This document shows positions 1 through 9,121 of a DNA stretch of 64,000 nt, piece after piece. Every line of letters starts with the position of its first letter. Position 1 is the stretch's first letter. A program made the translations under genes and the position numbers. The stretch is from positions 20,442 through 84,441 of the forward strand of contig CAWCKT010000055.1 of the NCBI GenBank assembly GCA_963796155.1, written 5' to 3'. The notes beneath the pieces were generated by a model, which ran no database searches, was not told the origin of the DNA, and saw only the letters and a program-made list of their open reading frames with translations. This DNA is from an uncultured Alphaproteobacteria bacterium (GTDB lineage Bacteria > Pseudomonadota > Alphaproteobacteria > ATCC43930 > CGMCC-115725).

Positions 1-2
1 GC

Positions 3-1178
3 GGGCATCGCCGGACCTATATCGGGGCATTGCCGGGGAACATCATTCAGGGGATCCGCAGGGCCGGCAGCCGCGATTGCGTGATGATGCTGGACGAGGT
101 CGACAAGCTCGGACGTGGCATCCAGGGCGACCCGTCCTCGGCGCTGCTGGAGGTGCTCGACCCGGAGCAGAACTCGACCTTTCGCGACAATTATCTCGGG
201 GTGCCGTTCGATCTCTCGCGGGTCATGTTCATCACCACCGCGAACGTCCTCGACACTGTCCCCGGCCCGCTGCGCGACCGCATGGAGGTCATCGACCTTC
301 CGGGCTATGTAGAGGACGAAAAATTCGAGATTGCCCGCCGCTATCTCGTCGACCGCCAGCTCAAGGCCAACGGATTGACCGCGGAGCGGGCCGAGATCAC
401 CGACGCGGCGATCCATGCGATCATCCGCGACTACACCCGCGAAGCCGGCGTGCGCCAGCTCGAGCGGGAGATAGGTGCGGTGCTGCGAAGTGCCGCGATG
501 CGCATTGCCGAGGGAACCGCGCAACGCGTGCGGATCGAACCGGACGACTTGGCCGTGATCCTCGGGCCGCCGCGCTTCGAGGGCGAGGTTGCGATGCGCA
601 CGAGCGTCCCGGGTGTCGCCACCGGCCTCGCCTGGACCCCGGTCGGCGGCGATATCCTGTTTATCGAGGCGACCCGCATCCCCGGCGACGGGCGGCTGAT
701 CCTGACGGGGCAACTCGGCGACGTGATGAAGGAGAGCGCGCAAGCGGCGCTGAGCCTCGTCAAAGCGCGGGCGTCGGCGTTCGGGCTCGACTCGGCAATG
801 TTCGCAAAGAGCGACATTCACATCCATGTCCCCGCCGGTGCCATCCCCAAGGACGGGCCGAGCGCGGGGGTCGCGATGTTCACCGCCCTCGTCTCGCTCT
901 TGACCAATCGGACGGCGCGCAGCGACACGGCGATGACCGGCGAGATCAGCTTGCGCGGCCTGGTGCTGCCCGTCGGTGGCATCAAAGAAAAGGTCGTCGC
1001 GGCTGCCCGCGCCGGCCTCGCCACGGTCATCCTGCCGGCGCGCAACCGCAAGGACTACGAGGAAATCCCCGAGGCCGCGCGCAACGCCTTGCGCTTTCTG
1101 TGGGCCGAACGGGTCGAGGACGTGATCGAAGCGGCGCTCGATCCGGTGAACGAGCCCAGCCTAGCCGTGGGTGCCTGA
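3..1178 (+). CDS. lon: Lon protease, C-terminal ~390 aa (5' end cut by window edge)
   Basis: Frame open from nt 3 ([13 protein letters not shown]). Walker-B-like [10 protein letters not shown]. Protease domain with [11 protein letters not shown] and GGIKEKV. Stop at 1176-1178. Confidence 0.95.
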   Translation, partial: GHRRTYIGALPGNIIQGIRRAGSRDCVMMLDEVDKLGRGIQGDPSSALLEVLDPEQNSTFRDNYLGVPFDLSRVMFITTANVLDTVPGPLRDRMEVIDLPGYVEDEKFEIARRYLVDRQLKANGLTAERAEITDAAIHAIIRDYTREAGVRQLEREIGAVLRSAAMRIAEGTAQRVRIEPDDLAVILGPPRFEGEVAMRTSVPGVATGLAWTPVGGDILFIEATRIPGDGRLILTGQLGDVMKESAQAALSLVKARASAFGLDSAMFAKSDIHIHVPAGAIPKDGPSAGVAMFTALVSLLTNRTARSDTAMTGEISLRGLVLPVGGIKEKVVAAARAGLATVILPARNRKDYEEIPEAARNALRFLWAERVEDVIEAALDPVNEPSLAVGA

Positions 1179-1267
1179 CGACCCCCGGCCAATCACCCGA
1201 TTGACACCTCCCGCGACCGGGGGAGGCTGTGTGCCCGAACGGGACATCCCGCTGCCCGGGGGCCTGC

Positions 1268-3349
1268 TTAGGACGCGGTCTCCAGCTGCTGGGGTAGGGT
1301 GAACTGAAAGACCGCACCCTGGGTTGTGTTTGGCGTGGCCCATAAGCGTCCGCCATGCGCCTCGACGATCGAACGGCAGATAGACAGTCCCATGCCCATG
1401 CCATCCGGCTTGGTCGTGTAGAATGCGTCGAAGAGTCGATCCAGGCTCTCCGGGTTCAGTCCCGGGCCCCAATCCTGCACGGCGACGCGCACGCCGTTTG
1501 CTCCATCTGCCTCGGTGCTGATCAGCAACTCCCGCGACCCCTCGTCCGATCCGCTCATCGCTTCGACGGCGTTGAGGATCAGGTTGAGCATCACTTGTTG
1601 AAGCTGGATCCGATCTCCCGGAACGAGCGGCAAGCCTTCCGCCAGCCGTGTCTGCAGCAAAGTCCCGGTTCTGCGCAGTTCGCTGCCGCTCAGTGCGATG
1701 ACTTCGCGGATCACCTCGTTGATGTCCAGCAGGTCCTGGCGCGGCGGGGCCTTTCCGACGAGCGCACGCATCCGGCTGATGACGTCGCCGGCTCGTCTCC
1801 CGGCCCTGACGATCCGATCGAGAGCCTGTCGAACCTCCTCCGGATCGGGTGGCTGCATATTGAGCCAGCGCAAAGCGGCCTGCGCATTGGTGACCACCGC
1901 GGCGATCGGCTGATTGACCTCATGGGCGATCGAGGCCGTCAGCTGCCCCATGGCCATGATGCGGTTGGCGTGCGCGAGCGCCTGTCGTTCTTCCTCCGCC
2001 CGCCTGCGTTCGGTCACATCCATCACCGTCCCCACGAATTCGACTAGATCGCCGGATGGGCCGAAAACCGGGTGGCCGATCATGTGGATCTCCCTGATCT
2101 CGCCGCCCGGATGCACAATCCGATAGACCGCATCGAAATCCACCCTTTCGCGGATTGCTGTCGCGAACTGTTCTCTCGTTCTGGGCCGGTCATCGGGATG
2201 GATGCGCTGCAGGACTTCCTCCGATCGCGGTGTCCCCGCTGTGGGATCGAAACCCAGGACGCGGAACGTTTCCTCGGACCAGTAGGTGTTTTCACCCGTC
2301 GCCGGGATCGTTGCCCAACTGCCCGTGTGGCTCAGCCGTTGCGCTTCCGACAAATAAGCTTCGCCCCGCCGCAGGATTTCTTCCGCGTGCTTGCGCTCGG
2401 TGATATCCGTGATCGCCCCGACAAATTCCAACGACCCGGACTCTTCTTTCTTCGAAGGATGGCCCACAACATAAAGATACTTGACTGAACCATCGGGCAT
2501 TAGCAATCGATGTTCGTAATTGATCTCCTTCCCTTCCTGCGTTGCACGTTCGATTGTTTGCTGAACACGGGCTCTGTCGTTGGGATGAGTCCGTTGAAGC
2601 ACGAACTCCACGGTCGGCTGATCGGCTCGGTTGTATTCGAAGATGCGAAAGGTTTCCTCCGACCAATAGAGTTTCCCGCTAGAAACATTCCAACCGAAAC
2701 TGCCCGTATGGCTCAGCCTCTGCGCTTCCGTCAAATAGGCTTCGCTGCGTTGCAACTCGGCGGTACGTTCCGCGACCTTTGTCTCGAGTTCGTCGTGGGC
2801 CTTGCGAAGCTGTTGCTCGCTTTCGCGTATCGCTTCCTCGGCGCGGCGGTGCTCGTCGACGAGGCGAGCCGTCCGAAATGCCGTTGCGGCATGATTCGCC
2901 GCTACGGAGAGCAGCAGCTGGTCAATCTCGGTCGGAAAGTCGGTGTGAGTCGATGCCGCGGCAACCAGACCGCCCTCGGCATCGACGCCGACAGGGATGA
3001 CAATACCGCAGCAGCGTTGCGCATCATTGCCAATGTCACGAACGATTTCCCTGCGCGACAATCGGCCATTGACGGCGACGTGATATTGCAGCCATTCCGG
3101 GAATGCTTGCCATGCGCTGCCCCGCACGATTTCGGCCGCGGCGCCCCCATTGGGATCGCACAAACGCACAAAAGCGAAGTCGAGGTGCAATGAATTGACC
3201 AGCACGTCGGCGAGCCCGGTCACGATCGCGGGGGGCTCTCTGCCGACCCACGCCGCCGGGACGGTAGACAATGCGACGAGGTCCCTGAGCGCTCTTCGCA
3301 GCCGCAGGGCGTCAGCCTCGGGACCCTCTCGGCATTGGCTCGTGATCAT
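1268..3349 (-). CDS. Sensor histidine kinase with N-terminal GAF-like region and two PAS-type repeats
   Basis: 693-aa ORF. Duplicated blocks EAQRLSHTGSFGW / EAQRLSHTGSWAT. H-box IAHEVNQPIAAV. ATPase boxes LNLILNAVEAM, DWGPGL, GMGMGLSICRSIVEAHGG. The start ATG overlaps the upstream stop (ATGA). Confidence 0.85.
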   Translation of the reverse strand: MITSQCREGPEADALRLRRALRDLVALSTVPAAWVGREPPAIVTGLADVLVNSLHLDFAFVRLCDPNGGAAAEIVRGSAWQAFPEWLQYHVAVNGRLSRREIVRDIGNDAQRCCGIVIPVGVDAEGGLVAAASTHTDFPTEIDQLLLSVAANHAATAFRTARLVDEHRRAEEAIRESEQQLRKAHDELETKVAERTAELQRSEAYLTEAQRLSHTGSFGWNVSSGKLYWSEETFRIFEYNRADQPTVEFVLQRTHPNDRARVQQTIERATQEGKEINYEHRLLMPDGSVKYLYVVGHPSKKEESGSLEFVGAITDITERKHAEEILRRGEAYLSEAQRLSHTGSWATIPATGENTYWSEETFRVLGFDPTAGTPRSEEVLQRIHPDDRPRTREQFATAIRERVDFDAVYRIVHPGGEIREIHMIGHPVFGPSGDLVEFVGTVMDVTERRRAEEERQALAHANRIMAMGQLTASIAHEVNQPIAAVVTNAQAALRWLNMQPPDPEEVRQALDRIVRAGRRAGDVISRMRALVGKAPPRQDLLDINEVIREVIALSGSELRRTGTLLQTRLAEGLPLVPGDRIQLQQVMLNLILNAVEAMSGSDEGSRELLISTEADGANGVRVAVQDWGPGLNPESLDRLFDAFYTTKPDGMGMGLSICRSIVEAHGGRLWATPNTTQGAVFQFTLPQQLETAS

Positions 3350-3987
3350 CCGGCTCGTGCGGACCCGCGCCTCTCCCGGATTTCGAGCAGGAACTGGTCA
3401 GGAGGAACAAAGAACGGATTCTCCTGCAGCACCTCTCCGATGATCACGACCGGGTGCGTCCTCATGATGTCCATCATCACGCCGGCACTGAACTTCGACA
3501 GATCATAGGTGCAGATGACCGGGTCGGCGTATTTGGGAAGCACGTAGTTGAGGCGTGTCTCGTATTCCACCAGGTCATCCACACCTGGTTTGTCGAGCAG
3601 CGCCCATTCCATATGCGCTAGCAACCGGGTGAGGGGATAGCCGGAAGCCGCTCCCGATTGGAGCACCTCTTCGAGCAAGGCCAGCATCGCGTCCTGATCG
3701 AAGCGATCACCGCGCAAGTAAGCGTCCTGCCAGCGTCGCAACTCGAGCTGGCCGGTACCCATCGCTTGCTCCACGTCGATGCCGGCTTCGGCGAGCCGCT
3801 TCAGATGTTCCGGCTGCAACTCGGGGTCCACGATGTGGAAGGCTTTGTCTCCCCGGTCAAACCCCTCTTTGATGAACGAGCGAAGCACCCTGTGCTCCTC
3901 GTCGATGCCGTTGAAGAAAGCGCAAATGTGACGGTGCTGACGGAGACTGCTCCCGGCACACTGCACGAAACCGCCGTTTGTTCCCAT
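3346..3987 (-). CDS. MEDS-domain (DcmR-like) putative sensory protein
   Basis: 213-aa ORF with GGGAGG SD 6 nt upstream of the ATG. N-terminal HICAFFNG...FIKEGFDRGDKAFHIV pattern recalled from MEDS family proteins. Sits between the receiver and kinase genes with 3-nt and 4-nt junctions. Confidence 0.65.
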   Translation of the reverse strand: MGTNGGFVQCAGSSLRQHRHICAFFNGIDEEHRVLRSFIKEGFDRGDKAFHIVDPELQPEHLKRLAEAGIDVEQAMGTGQLELRRWQDAYLRGDRFDQDAMLALLEEVLQSGAASGYPLTRLLAHMEWALLDKPGVDDLVEYETRLNYVLPKYADPVICTYDLSKFSAGVMMDIMRTHPVVIIGEVLQENPFFVPPDQFLLEIRERRGSARAG

Positions 3988-3990
3988 ATT

Positions 3991-4380
3991 TTACCTCCCG
4001 CCGCTACGGGCCTGTGTCAGCGCCGAGCGGATGCAAGCGAGCAAGTCATCCTCATCAAAGGGCTTGCTCAGGTAGCCGATGACGCCGGCAGAGAGCGCGC
4101 GCGCCCGAACGCCATCGTCAGGATACGCCGTGATCAGGATGGTTGGAATGCGCTTTCCGGAAGTCGACAAGTGCTGGTACAGCTCGAGCCCGGTCATTCC
4201 AGGCATTTGCACATCGGCGATCAGGCAGGAGCATCGGCGGAGATGGGGCGAGCGCAAAAACTCTTCTGCCGACGCAGCGGCTTCGGCCCGATGTCCCAAC
4301 GACTTCATGAGACCCTTGACCGCCTCGCGCACCAACTCGTCATCATCGACGATCGAAATCAGGGGCTTTGCTGTTGCCAC
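3991..4380 (-). CDS. Single-domain response regulator (receiver only)
   Basis: Track ORF trimmed to GTG 4380, which is preceded by GGGAG. Receiver motifs ISIVDDDELV, LIADVQMPGMTG, ILITAYPDD, YLSKPF. Confidence 0.8.
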   Translation of the reverse strand: MATAKPLISIVDDDELVREAVKGLMKSLGHRAEAAASAEEFLRSPHLRRCSCLIADVQMPGMTGLELYQHLSTSGKRIPTILITAYPDDGVRARALSAGVIGYLSKPFDEDDLLACIRSALTQARSGGR

Positions 4381-4681
4381 ACGAACTCCCGAAGTTATGA
4401 CGCTCCGCGATCCGAGGCCCCTGGGCACGGGGTGATGCTCATCGTACTTCAGAAAGAATGAGACAAACTCAGTAGTCAGGCGATTATACTTTCGTATAAG
4501 CTGGGCTGCTGCGAGGGTGATCGACGTTGTCCGCCCCTCGCCCGGTGTTACCGGCGGACGGCAAGCGTCCGCGACCACGATAGCGCTTCCCTCGTCGAAC
4601 CTGGAAACTTAAGATGTGCCGAGTGCGAGATGGCCACCCGCGCGGTTGGTTACGGTGGGTCCATCGCAGCAGGCGCAAACG

Positions 4682-5314
4682 ATGACCGAACAGCCGACCG
4701 TCATTATCGTCGATGACGACCCGGGGATCCGTGAAGGGCTCGAAAGCTTGCTGCGGTCGGTCGGCCTGCAAGTCAAGGCGATGGCGTCGGTTCCCGAATT
4801 CCTCAACGAAGGGCGCCCGGACGGCGCCACTTGCCTCGTGCTCGATGTCAGGTTGCCTGGCCGAAGCGGTCTCGATTTTCAGCGGGAGCTCTCGGCGGCA
4901 AACATTCACGTGCCGATCATCTTCATCACCGGATACGGCGACATCCCGATGTCCGTCCAGGCGATAAAGGGAGGAGCGATCGAGTTCCTGACCAAGCCGT
5001 TCCGCGATCAAGGCCTGCTCGATGCGATCCAGCTGGGCCTCGCCCGAGATCGCGCATGGCTGGAGAACGAGAAGACGATCGCCGCGTTGCGGGCGCGTTT
5101 CGAGACGCTCACCCCCCGTGAGCGCGAGGTGATGGCCTTGGTGGTGGCTGGCCGCCTCAACAAGCAGATCGCCTGGGACATCGGCGTCAGCGAGGTCACG
5201 GTAAAAGTCCATCGCGGCCAGGTCATGCGAAAGATGGAGGCGGCTTCGCTGCCCGACTTGGCCCGGATGGCCGACAAGCTGAACGTCGCGGCGGAAAAGT
5301 CTCAAAGCGGTTAG
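4682..5314 (+). CDS. FixJ/NarL-type response regulator (receiver + LuxR-type HTH)
   Basis: MTEQPTVIIVDDDPGIREGL, VLDVRLPGRSGLD, FITGYGDIPMSVQAIKGGAIEFLTKPF, then LTPREREVMALVVAGRLNKQIAWDIGVSEVTVKVHRGQVMRKM. Confidence 0.9.
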   Translation: MTEQPTVIIVDDDPGIREGLESLLRSVGLQVKAMASVPEFLNEGRPDGATCLVLDVRLPGRSGLDFQRELSAANIHVPIIFITGYGDIPMSVQAIKGGAIEFLTKPFRDQGLLDAIQLGLARDRAWLENEKTIAALRARFETLTPREREVMALVVAGRLNKQIAWDIGVSEVTVKVHRGQVMRKMEAASLPDLARMADKLNVAAEKSQSG

Positions 5315-5499
5315 ACCGAGGCGCAGGTCCGGCCGGCGGCCGGGTGGTTCCTCCTTCCCTTTCGCCAGCCGTCCTATACCAAAGTGTAATGCGAATGATT
5401 CTCAGGCGGTATCCCTTCATCCGCAGGTGCAATAGCACGGCCTGAAATGCCCCGTTAGCCTCGATCCGCTGTTCTGCTCCTTCTACCGGGGAGAGGCTG

Positions 5500-6009
5500 A
5501 TGCAAGACCAACAACAGTGGGTCGGTCAGGATAACTCGCCGAGGTCTCGGCCTTGGTCGAGCCCGGCAGCAGATGACGCGACGCTCGAATTCGGTCGTTT
5601 TCGCGTCCTGCTGCGCCAACGGCAATTGATCGCCGATGGCGGGCCGATAGAGTTGGGGACGCGCGCCCTCGATCTCCTGCTCATCCTGCTGGAGGCCGAC
5701 GGATCGCTGGTCACCAAGGACGAGCTTATGACCCGTGTGTGGCCTGGCATCAATGTCGCGGAAGAGAATTTGAAGGTTCAGATTTCCGCATTGCGCAAGG
5801 CTCTCGGCGAAGACCGCGACTTTATCCGCACCGAGTTCGGCCGCGGCTATCGGTTCACTGCCGCGGTACGCTCGACTGTCGCCTGGAGTGCTTGCCGGCG
5901 GTCGGCGCGACGACGGGCCTGGTTGGTTCCTCAATGGATTTCTCGGCGACGTCCGGTTGGTTCGTCCCGAGATTTCTCTGGCAGACGACTTTTATCCTGC
6001 TCACACTGA
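5500..6009 (+). CDS. Short OmpR/CadC-type winged-helix DNA-binding protein
   Basis: GGGGAGAGG SD. FGRFRVLLRQRQLIADGGPIELGTRALDLLLILLEADGSLVTKDELMTRVWPG...GRGYRF is a trans_reg_C-like domain. The C-terminal ~40 aa are Arg-rich and of doubtful significance. Confidence 0.55.
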   Translation: MQDQQQWVGQDNSPRSRPWSSPAADDATLEFGRFRVLLRQRQLIADGGPIELGTRALDLLLILLEADGSLVTKDELMTRVWPGINVAEENLKVQISALRKALGEDRDFIRTEFGRGYRFTAAVRSTVAWSACRRSARRRAWLVPQWISRRRPVGSSRDFSGRRLLSCSH

Positions 6010-6063
6010 GAGCACAGCGTCCTGCCGGGACTCGATTGGCTCACCCTGCAAAAGGGAGGGGAC

Positions 6064-6750
6064 GTGATGATAGGCGTTCTTCCAGCGATCTTTAATCAGC
6101 CCATCGGCCGGCCGATCGTACCGAAAACCCCATTTTGGAAAGCTGCGGCTTTTGCCGCCGGGCTCGGCTTGAGTACGGTGTCCTACTCGGTCCATGCCGC
6201 GCCGGTGAGCGGGGGCGATACCGTGCAGGGCCTCTATGACGCGCTGCTCAGCACGATGAAGAATGGCCGGACACTGGGCCAAAGCGGGCGCTTCACGCAA
6301 CTGGCACCGGTCATTCGCCGAACCTTCGACATCCCCTCGATGGCACGGCTTTCGATCGGTCCCTTCTGGACCAGCCTGAGCGACGCCCAGCGCCAGCAAG
6401 CCATCGAGAGTTTTGGGCGGTACATCTCGGCGATCTATGCCGACCGGTTCGACAGCTATAACGGACAAAAGCTCGAGGTCACCGGCGAACAGCCCGCCCC
6501 GGCCGGAGTGATGGTGAAAAGCCAGATCATCAAAGCCAGCGGCGAGCCGGTCAAAGTCGACTACATGATGCGCCGCAATGGCGAAAGCTGGCTGATCTCC
6601 GACATCTACCTCGACGGCGCGATCAGCGAAGTGGCGACCCGCCGCTCCGAATTTGCCGCCATCCTGCGAACCGACGGCATCGACGGCCTGATCGCGGCGC
6701 TCAACCGCAAGGCGGACATCCTCACCGGGACGACGGCTAAAGCGCTCTAA
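6064..6750 (+). CDS. MlaC/Ttg2D-family periplasmic lipid-binding protein (HpnM-like)
   Basis: GGGAGGGG SD. Signal-like AAFAAGLGLSTVSYSVHA. ARLSIGPFW...QRQQAIESFGRYISAIYADRF...GESWLISDIYLDGAISEVATRRSEF matches the toluene-tolerance Ttg2D pattern. Confidence 0.7.
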   Translation: MMIGVLPAIFNQPIGRPIVPKTPFWKAAAFAAGLGLSTVSYSVHAAPVSGGDTVQGLYDALLSTMKNGRTLGQSGRFTQLAPVIRRTFDIPSMARLSIGPFWTSLSDAQRQQAIESFGRYISAIYADRFDSYNGQKLEVTGEQPAPAGVMVKSQIIKASGEPVKVDYMMRRNGESWLISDIYLDGAISEVATRRSEFAAILRTDGIDGLIAALNRKADILTGTTAKAL

Positions 6751-6797
6751 AATCATCAAGTCGAATAGGCTGGCAATCCTTTGCATCGCTCGACCGC

Positions 6798-7727
6798 TTA
6801 GAATGAAAGGGTGGAGAGATACATTGGAAATTCGGCTTCCGCCAGGTTGCCGGCGGCGCTCAGCCACTGCCGTAGGGCGGTAACTGCAGGCGCCGTGCTG
6901 CTCGTCTCGCGCGAATAAACGAAATACCCCCGGGTCCGAAGCGCGGGCTCCCTGATCGGCGCCACCAGCCGTCCCTCGCGCAGTTCGTCGCAGACGAGCG
7001 CCACGGGGCCCATGACTATGCCAAGCCCCTCGATCGCAGCCTGAATCGCAAAGTAGAAATGCTCAAAGACCTGATCGCGGGTCGGCCTGAGATCGGCGAT
7101 GCCCGCGGCGGTCAGCCAACGCGGCCACATATCGCGTCGCGTTGCCGCGTGGAGCAGCGTGTGCCGCGAAAGGTCCGCCGGTGCTCGTAAGGGACGCTCC
7201 TTCATCAGGCTGGGGCTCAGCAGCGGCAAATACGCCTCGCCAAGAAACCGGCTGCCAACCCAACCGGGCTGGCGCGACGGTCCCGAGACGACGACATCGA
7301 CATCCATGCGGAATTGCTCGGCCGGCGTGCTGGCCGTGACAATTCGCAGTTCGAGGGCGGAGTGTTCACGCTGAAACTCGGGCAGACGCGGAATCAGCCA
7401 GCGCATCGCGAACGTCGGGAGGGCGGAGATGTGGAGCAAGCCGCGAGCGTGAACGCCGCCTCGCAATCGCAGGGCGGCGATCGCCAGCCGATCCAGCGCA
7501 GGCCCGGCGTCGGCAAGGAGGTCCGTCCCGGCCGGCGTCGGTACTGCGTGACGGCTCGTCCGCAAGAAGAGTTTGGTGCCGAGCCAATCTTCGAGCATGC
7601 GAATCTGTCGGCTTACTGCGCCGTGGGTCACGCCCAGCTCTTCCGCGGCGCGTGTGAAGCTGCCGAGCCGCGCCGCGGCCTCGAAGGCTTTGATTGCATT
7701 CAGCGGCGGCAGGCGCGCACGGGCCAT
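6798..7727 (-). CDS. LysR-family transcriptional regulator (GcvA-like)
   Basis: N-terminal LPPLNAIKAFEAAARLGSFTRAAEELGVTHGAVSRQIRMLE HTH plus a LysR substrate domain. Divergent from the MFS gene. Confidence 0.9.
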   Translation of the reverse strand: MARARLPPLNAIKAFEAAARLGSFTRAAEELGVTHGAVSRQIRMLEDWLGTKLFLRTSRHAVPTPAGTDLLADAGPALDRLAIAALRLRGGVHARGLLHISALPTFAMRWLIPRLPEFQREHSALELRIVTASTPAEQFRMDVDVVVSGPSRQPGWVGSRFLGEAYLPLLSPSLMKERPLRAPADLSRHTLLHAATRRDMWPRWLTAAGIADLRPTRDQVFEHFYFAIQAAIEGLGIVMGPVALVCDELREGRLVAPIREPALRTRGYFVYSRETSSTAPAVTALRQWLSAAGNLAEAEFPMYLSTLSF

Positions 7728-7837
7728 AAGCGTGAGTTTTCCTCACATCCAACTGTCAGAACAAGTCGTTTGTCATCAAACCGTCATGAGGCCAAATAAC
7801 CGACGGATGAGCGCGCAAGAGCCTGCTCGAACCCCCC

Positions 7838-9121
7838 ATGCTCCCTGGATTGCAGAGCGTCATGATGACTACCGCTCTTTCGACGACGCCCGACCGCACG
7901 GAGGACCCCGGTCACGGTCGAATGCGCGTGCTCTGGGTTGCCTGCGGAGCGCACGCGCTCCATGACGGGTTTACCGATACGCTGTACCTGCTGCTCCCGA
8001 TCCTGCAGACGGAGTTCGCGCTGAGCTATGCCGCCATAGGGATGCTCCGCGCGCTCTATACCGGCGCGATGGCGGGCTTGCAGGTTCCGACGGCCAAGAT
8101 GGCGCAGCGGCTAGGCGGAGCGAGTATGCTGGCCTCCGGAACGGCCGTCGCCGCGATTGCATATGCGGGTTTGGGCGCAAGCACCAGCTGCGCCATGCTG
8201 GCCGTCGCACTCGTTCTCGGCGGCGTCGGATCGAGTACACAACATCCGATCGCGTCGAGTTTTGTCGCAGCCGCTTATCAGGGGCCGCGCTCGCGCGGGG
8301 CGCTGGGCACCTACAACTTTGCCGGGGATCTGGGAAAGATCGCATTGCCGTCGATTGCGGCCGGCCTGATCAGGGTGATGTCGTGGCGTTCGACAGCAAC
8401 GATGGTGGGTCTCATCGGGCTGGTCGGCGCCGCAGCCATTCTGCTGTCTCTATCGCGCCTGCCGACCGGCTACTTCGACCGCACGGAGATCTCGTCCAAG
8501 GATGGCGCAGCGTCTAAACCTGCCAATCCGCCGCATCGCGGCTTCGCCCTTCTGCTCGCCATTGGCATTATCGATAGTGCGACGCGGATGGGCTTTCTGA
8601 CTTTCATGCCGTTTTTGCTGCGGGCAAAGGGAGCCGGGCTTCCGGAAGTCGGCATCGCGCTGGCACTGGTCTTCGCCGGGGGCGCGGCCGGGAAGCTGGT
8701 CTGCGGCTTCGTCGGGGCGCGTCTGGGAATGTTGCCGACGGTGCTCATCACCGAAGGCGCTACCGCGGCAGGCATCCTGGCTCTGCTTCCGCTGCCGATC
8801 GGCCCGGCCCTGGCGCTCTTGCCGCTCATCGGCATAGCCCTCAACGGGACATCATCCGTGCTCTACGGCACGGTTCCCGAACTCGTCACGCCCGAGCGTC
8901 GGGACAGCGCTTTCGGCGTTTTCTATACCGGCACGATCGGCGCAGGCGCGTTGTCGCCTGTTCTCTATGGCCTTGTCGGTGACGCGATGAGCCTTCCTGC
9001 GGCGATGCTGCTGGTGGCCGCCGTCGTTCTGTTGACCCTTCCGTTGGCCTGGCGCCTGCGCCGCTTTCTCGACGCGCCCCCGAGCGATCCGGGCGGACAG
9101 CCGATCAGACATCCTGCTTGA
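7838..9121 (+). CDS. MFS transporter
   Basis: 427-aa ORF, about 12 hydrophobic segments, Gly/Ala-rich helices. Start uncertain (alternative ATG at 7862). Confidence 0.8.
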   Translation: MLPGLQSVMMTTALSTTPDRTEDPGHGRMRVLWVACGAHALHDGFTDTLYLLLPILQTEFALSYAAIGMLRALYTGAMAGLQVPTAKMAQRLGGASMLASGTAVAAIAYAGLGASTSCAMLAVALVLGGVGSSTQHPIASSFVAAAYQGPRSRGALGTYNFAGDLGKIALPSIAAGLIRVMSWRSTATMVGLIGLVGAAAILLSLSRLPTGYFDRTEISSKDGAASKPANPPHRGFALLLAIGIIDSATRMGFLTFMPFLLRAKGAGLPEVGIALALVFAGGAAGKLVCGFVGARLGMLPTVLITEGATAAGILALLPLPIGPALALLPLIGIALNGTSSVLYGTVPELVTPERRDSAFGVFYTGTIGAGALSPVLYGLVGDAMSLPAAMLLVAAVVLLTLPLAWRLRRFLDAPPSDPGGQPIRHPA

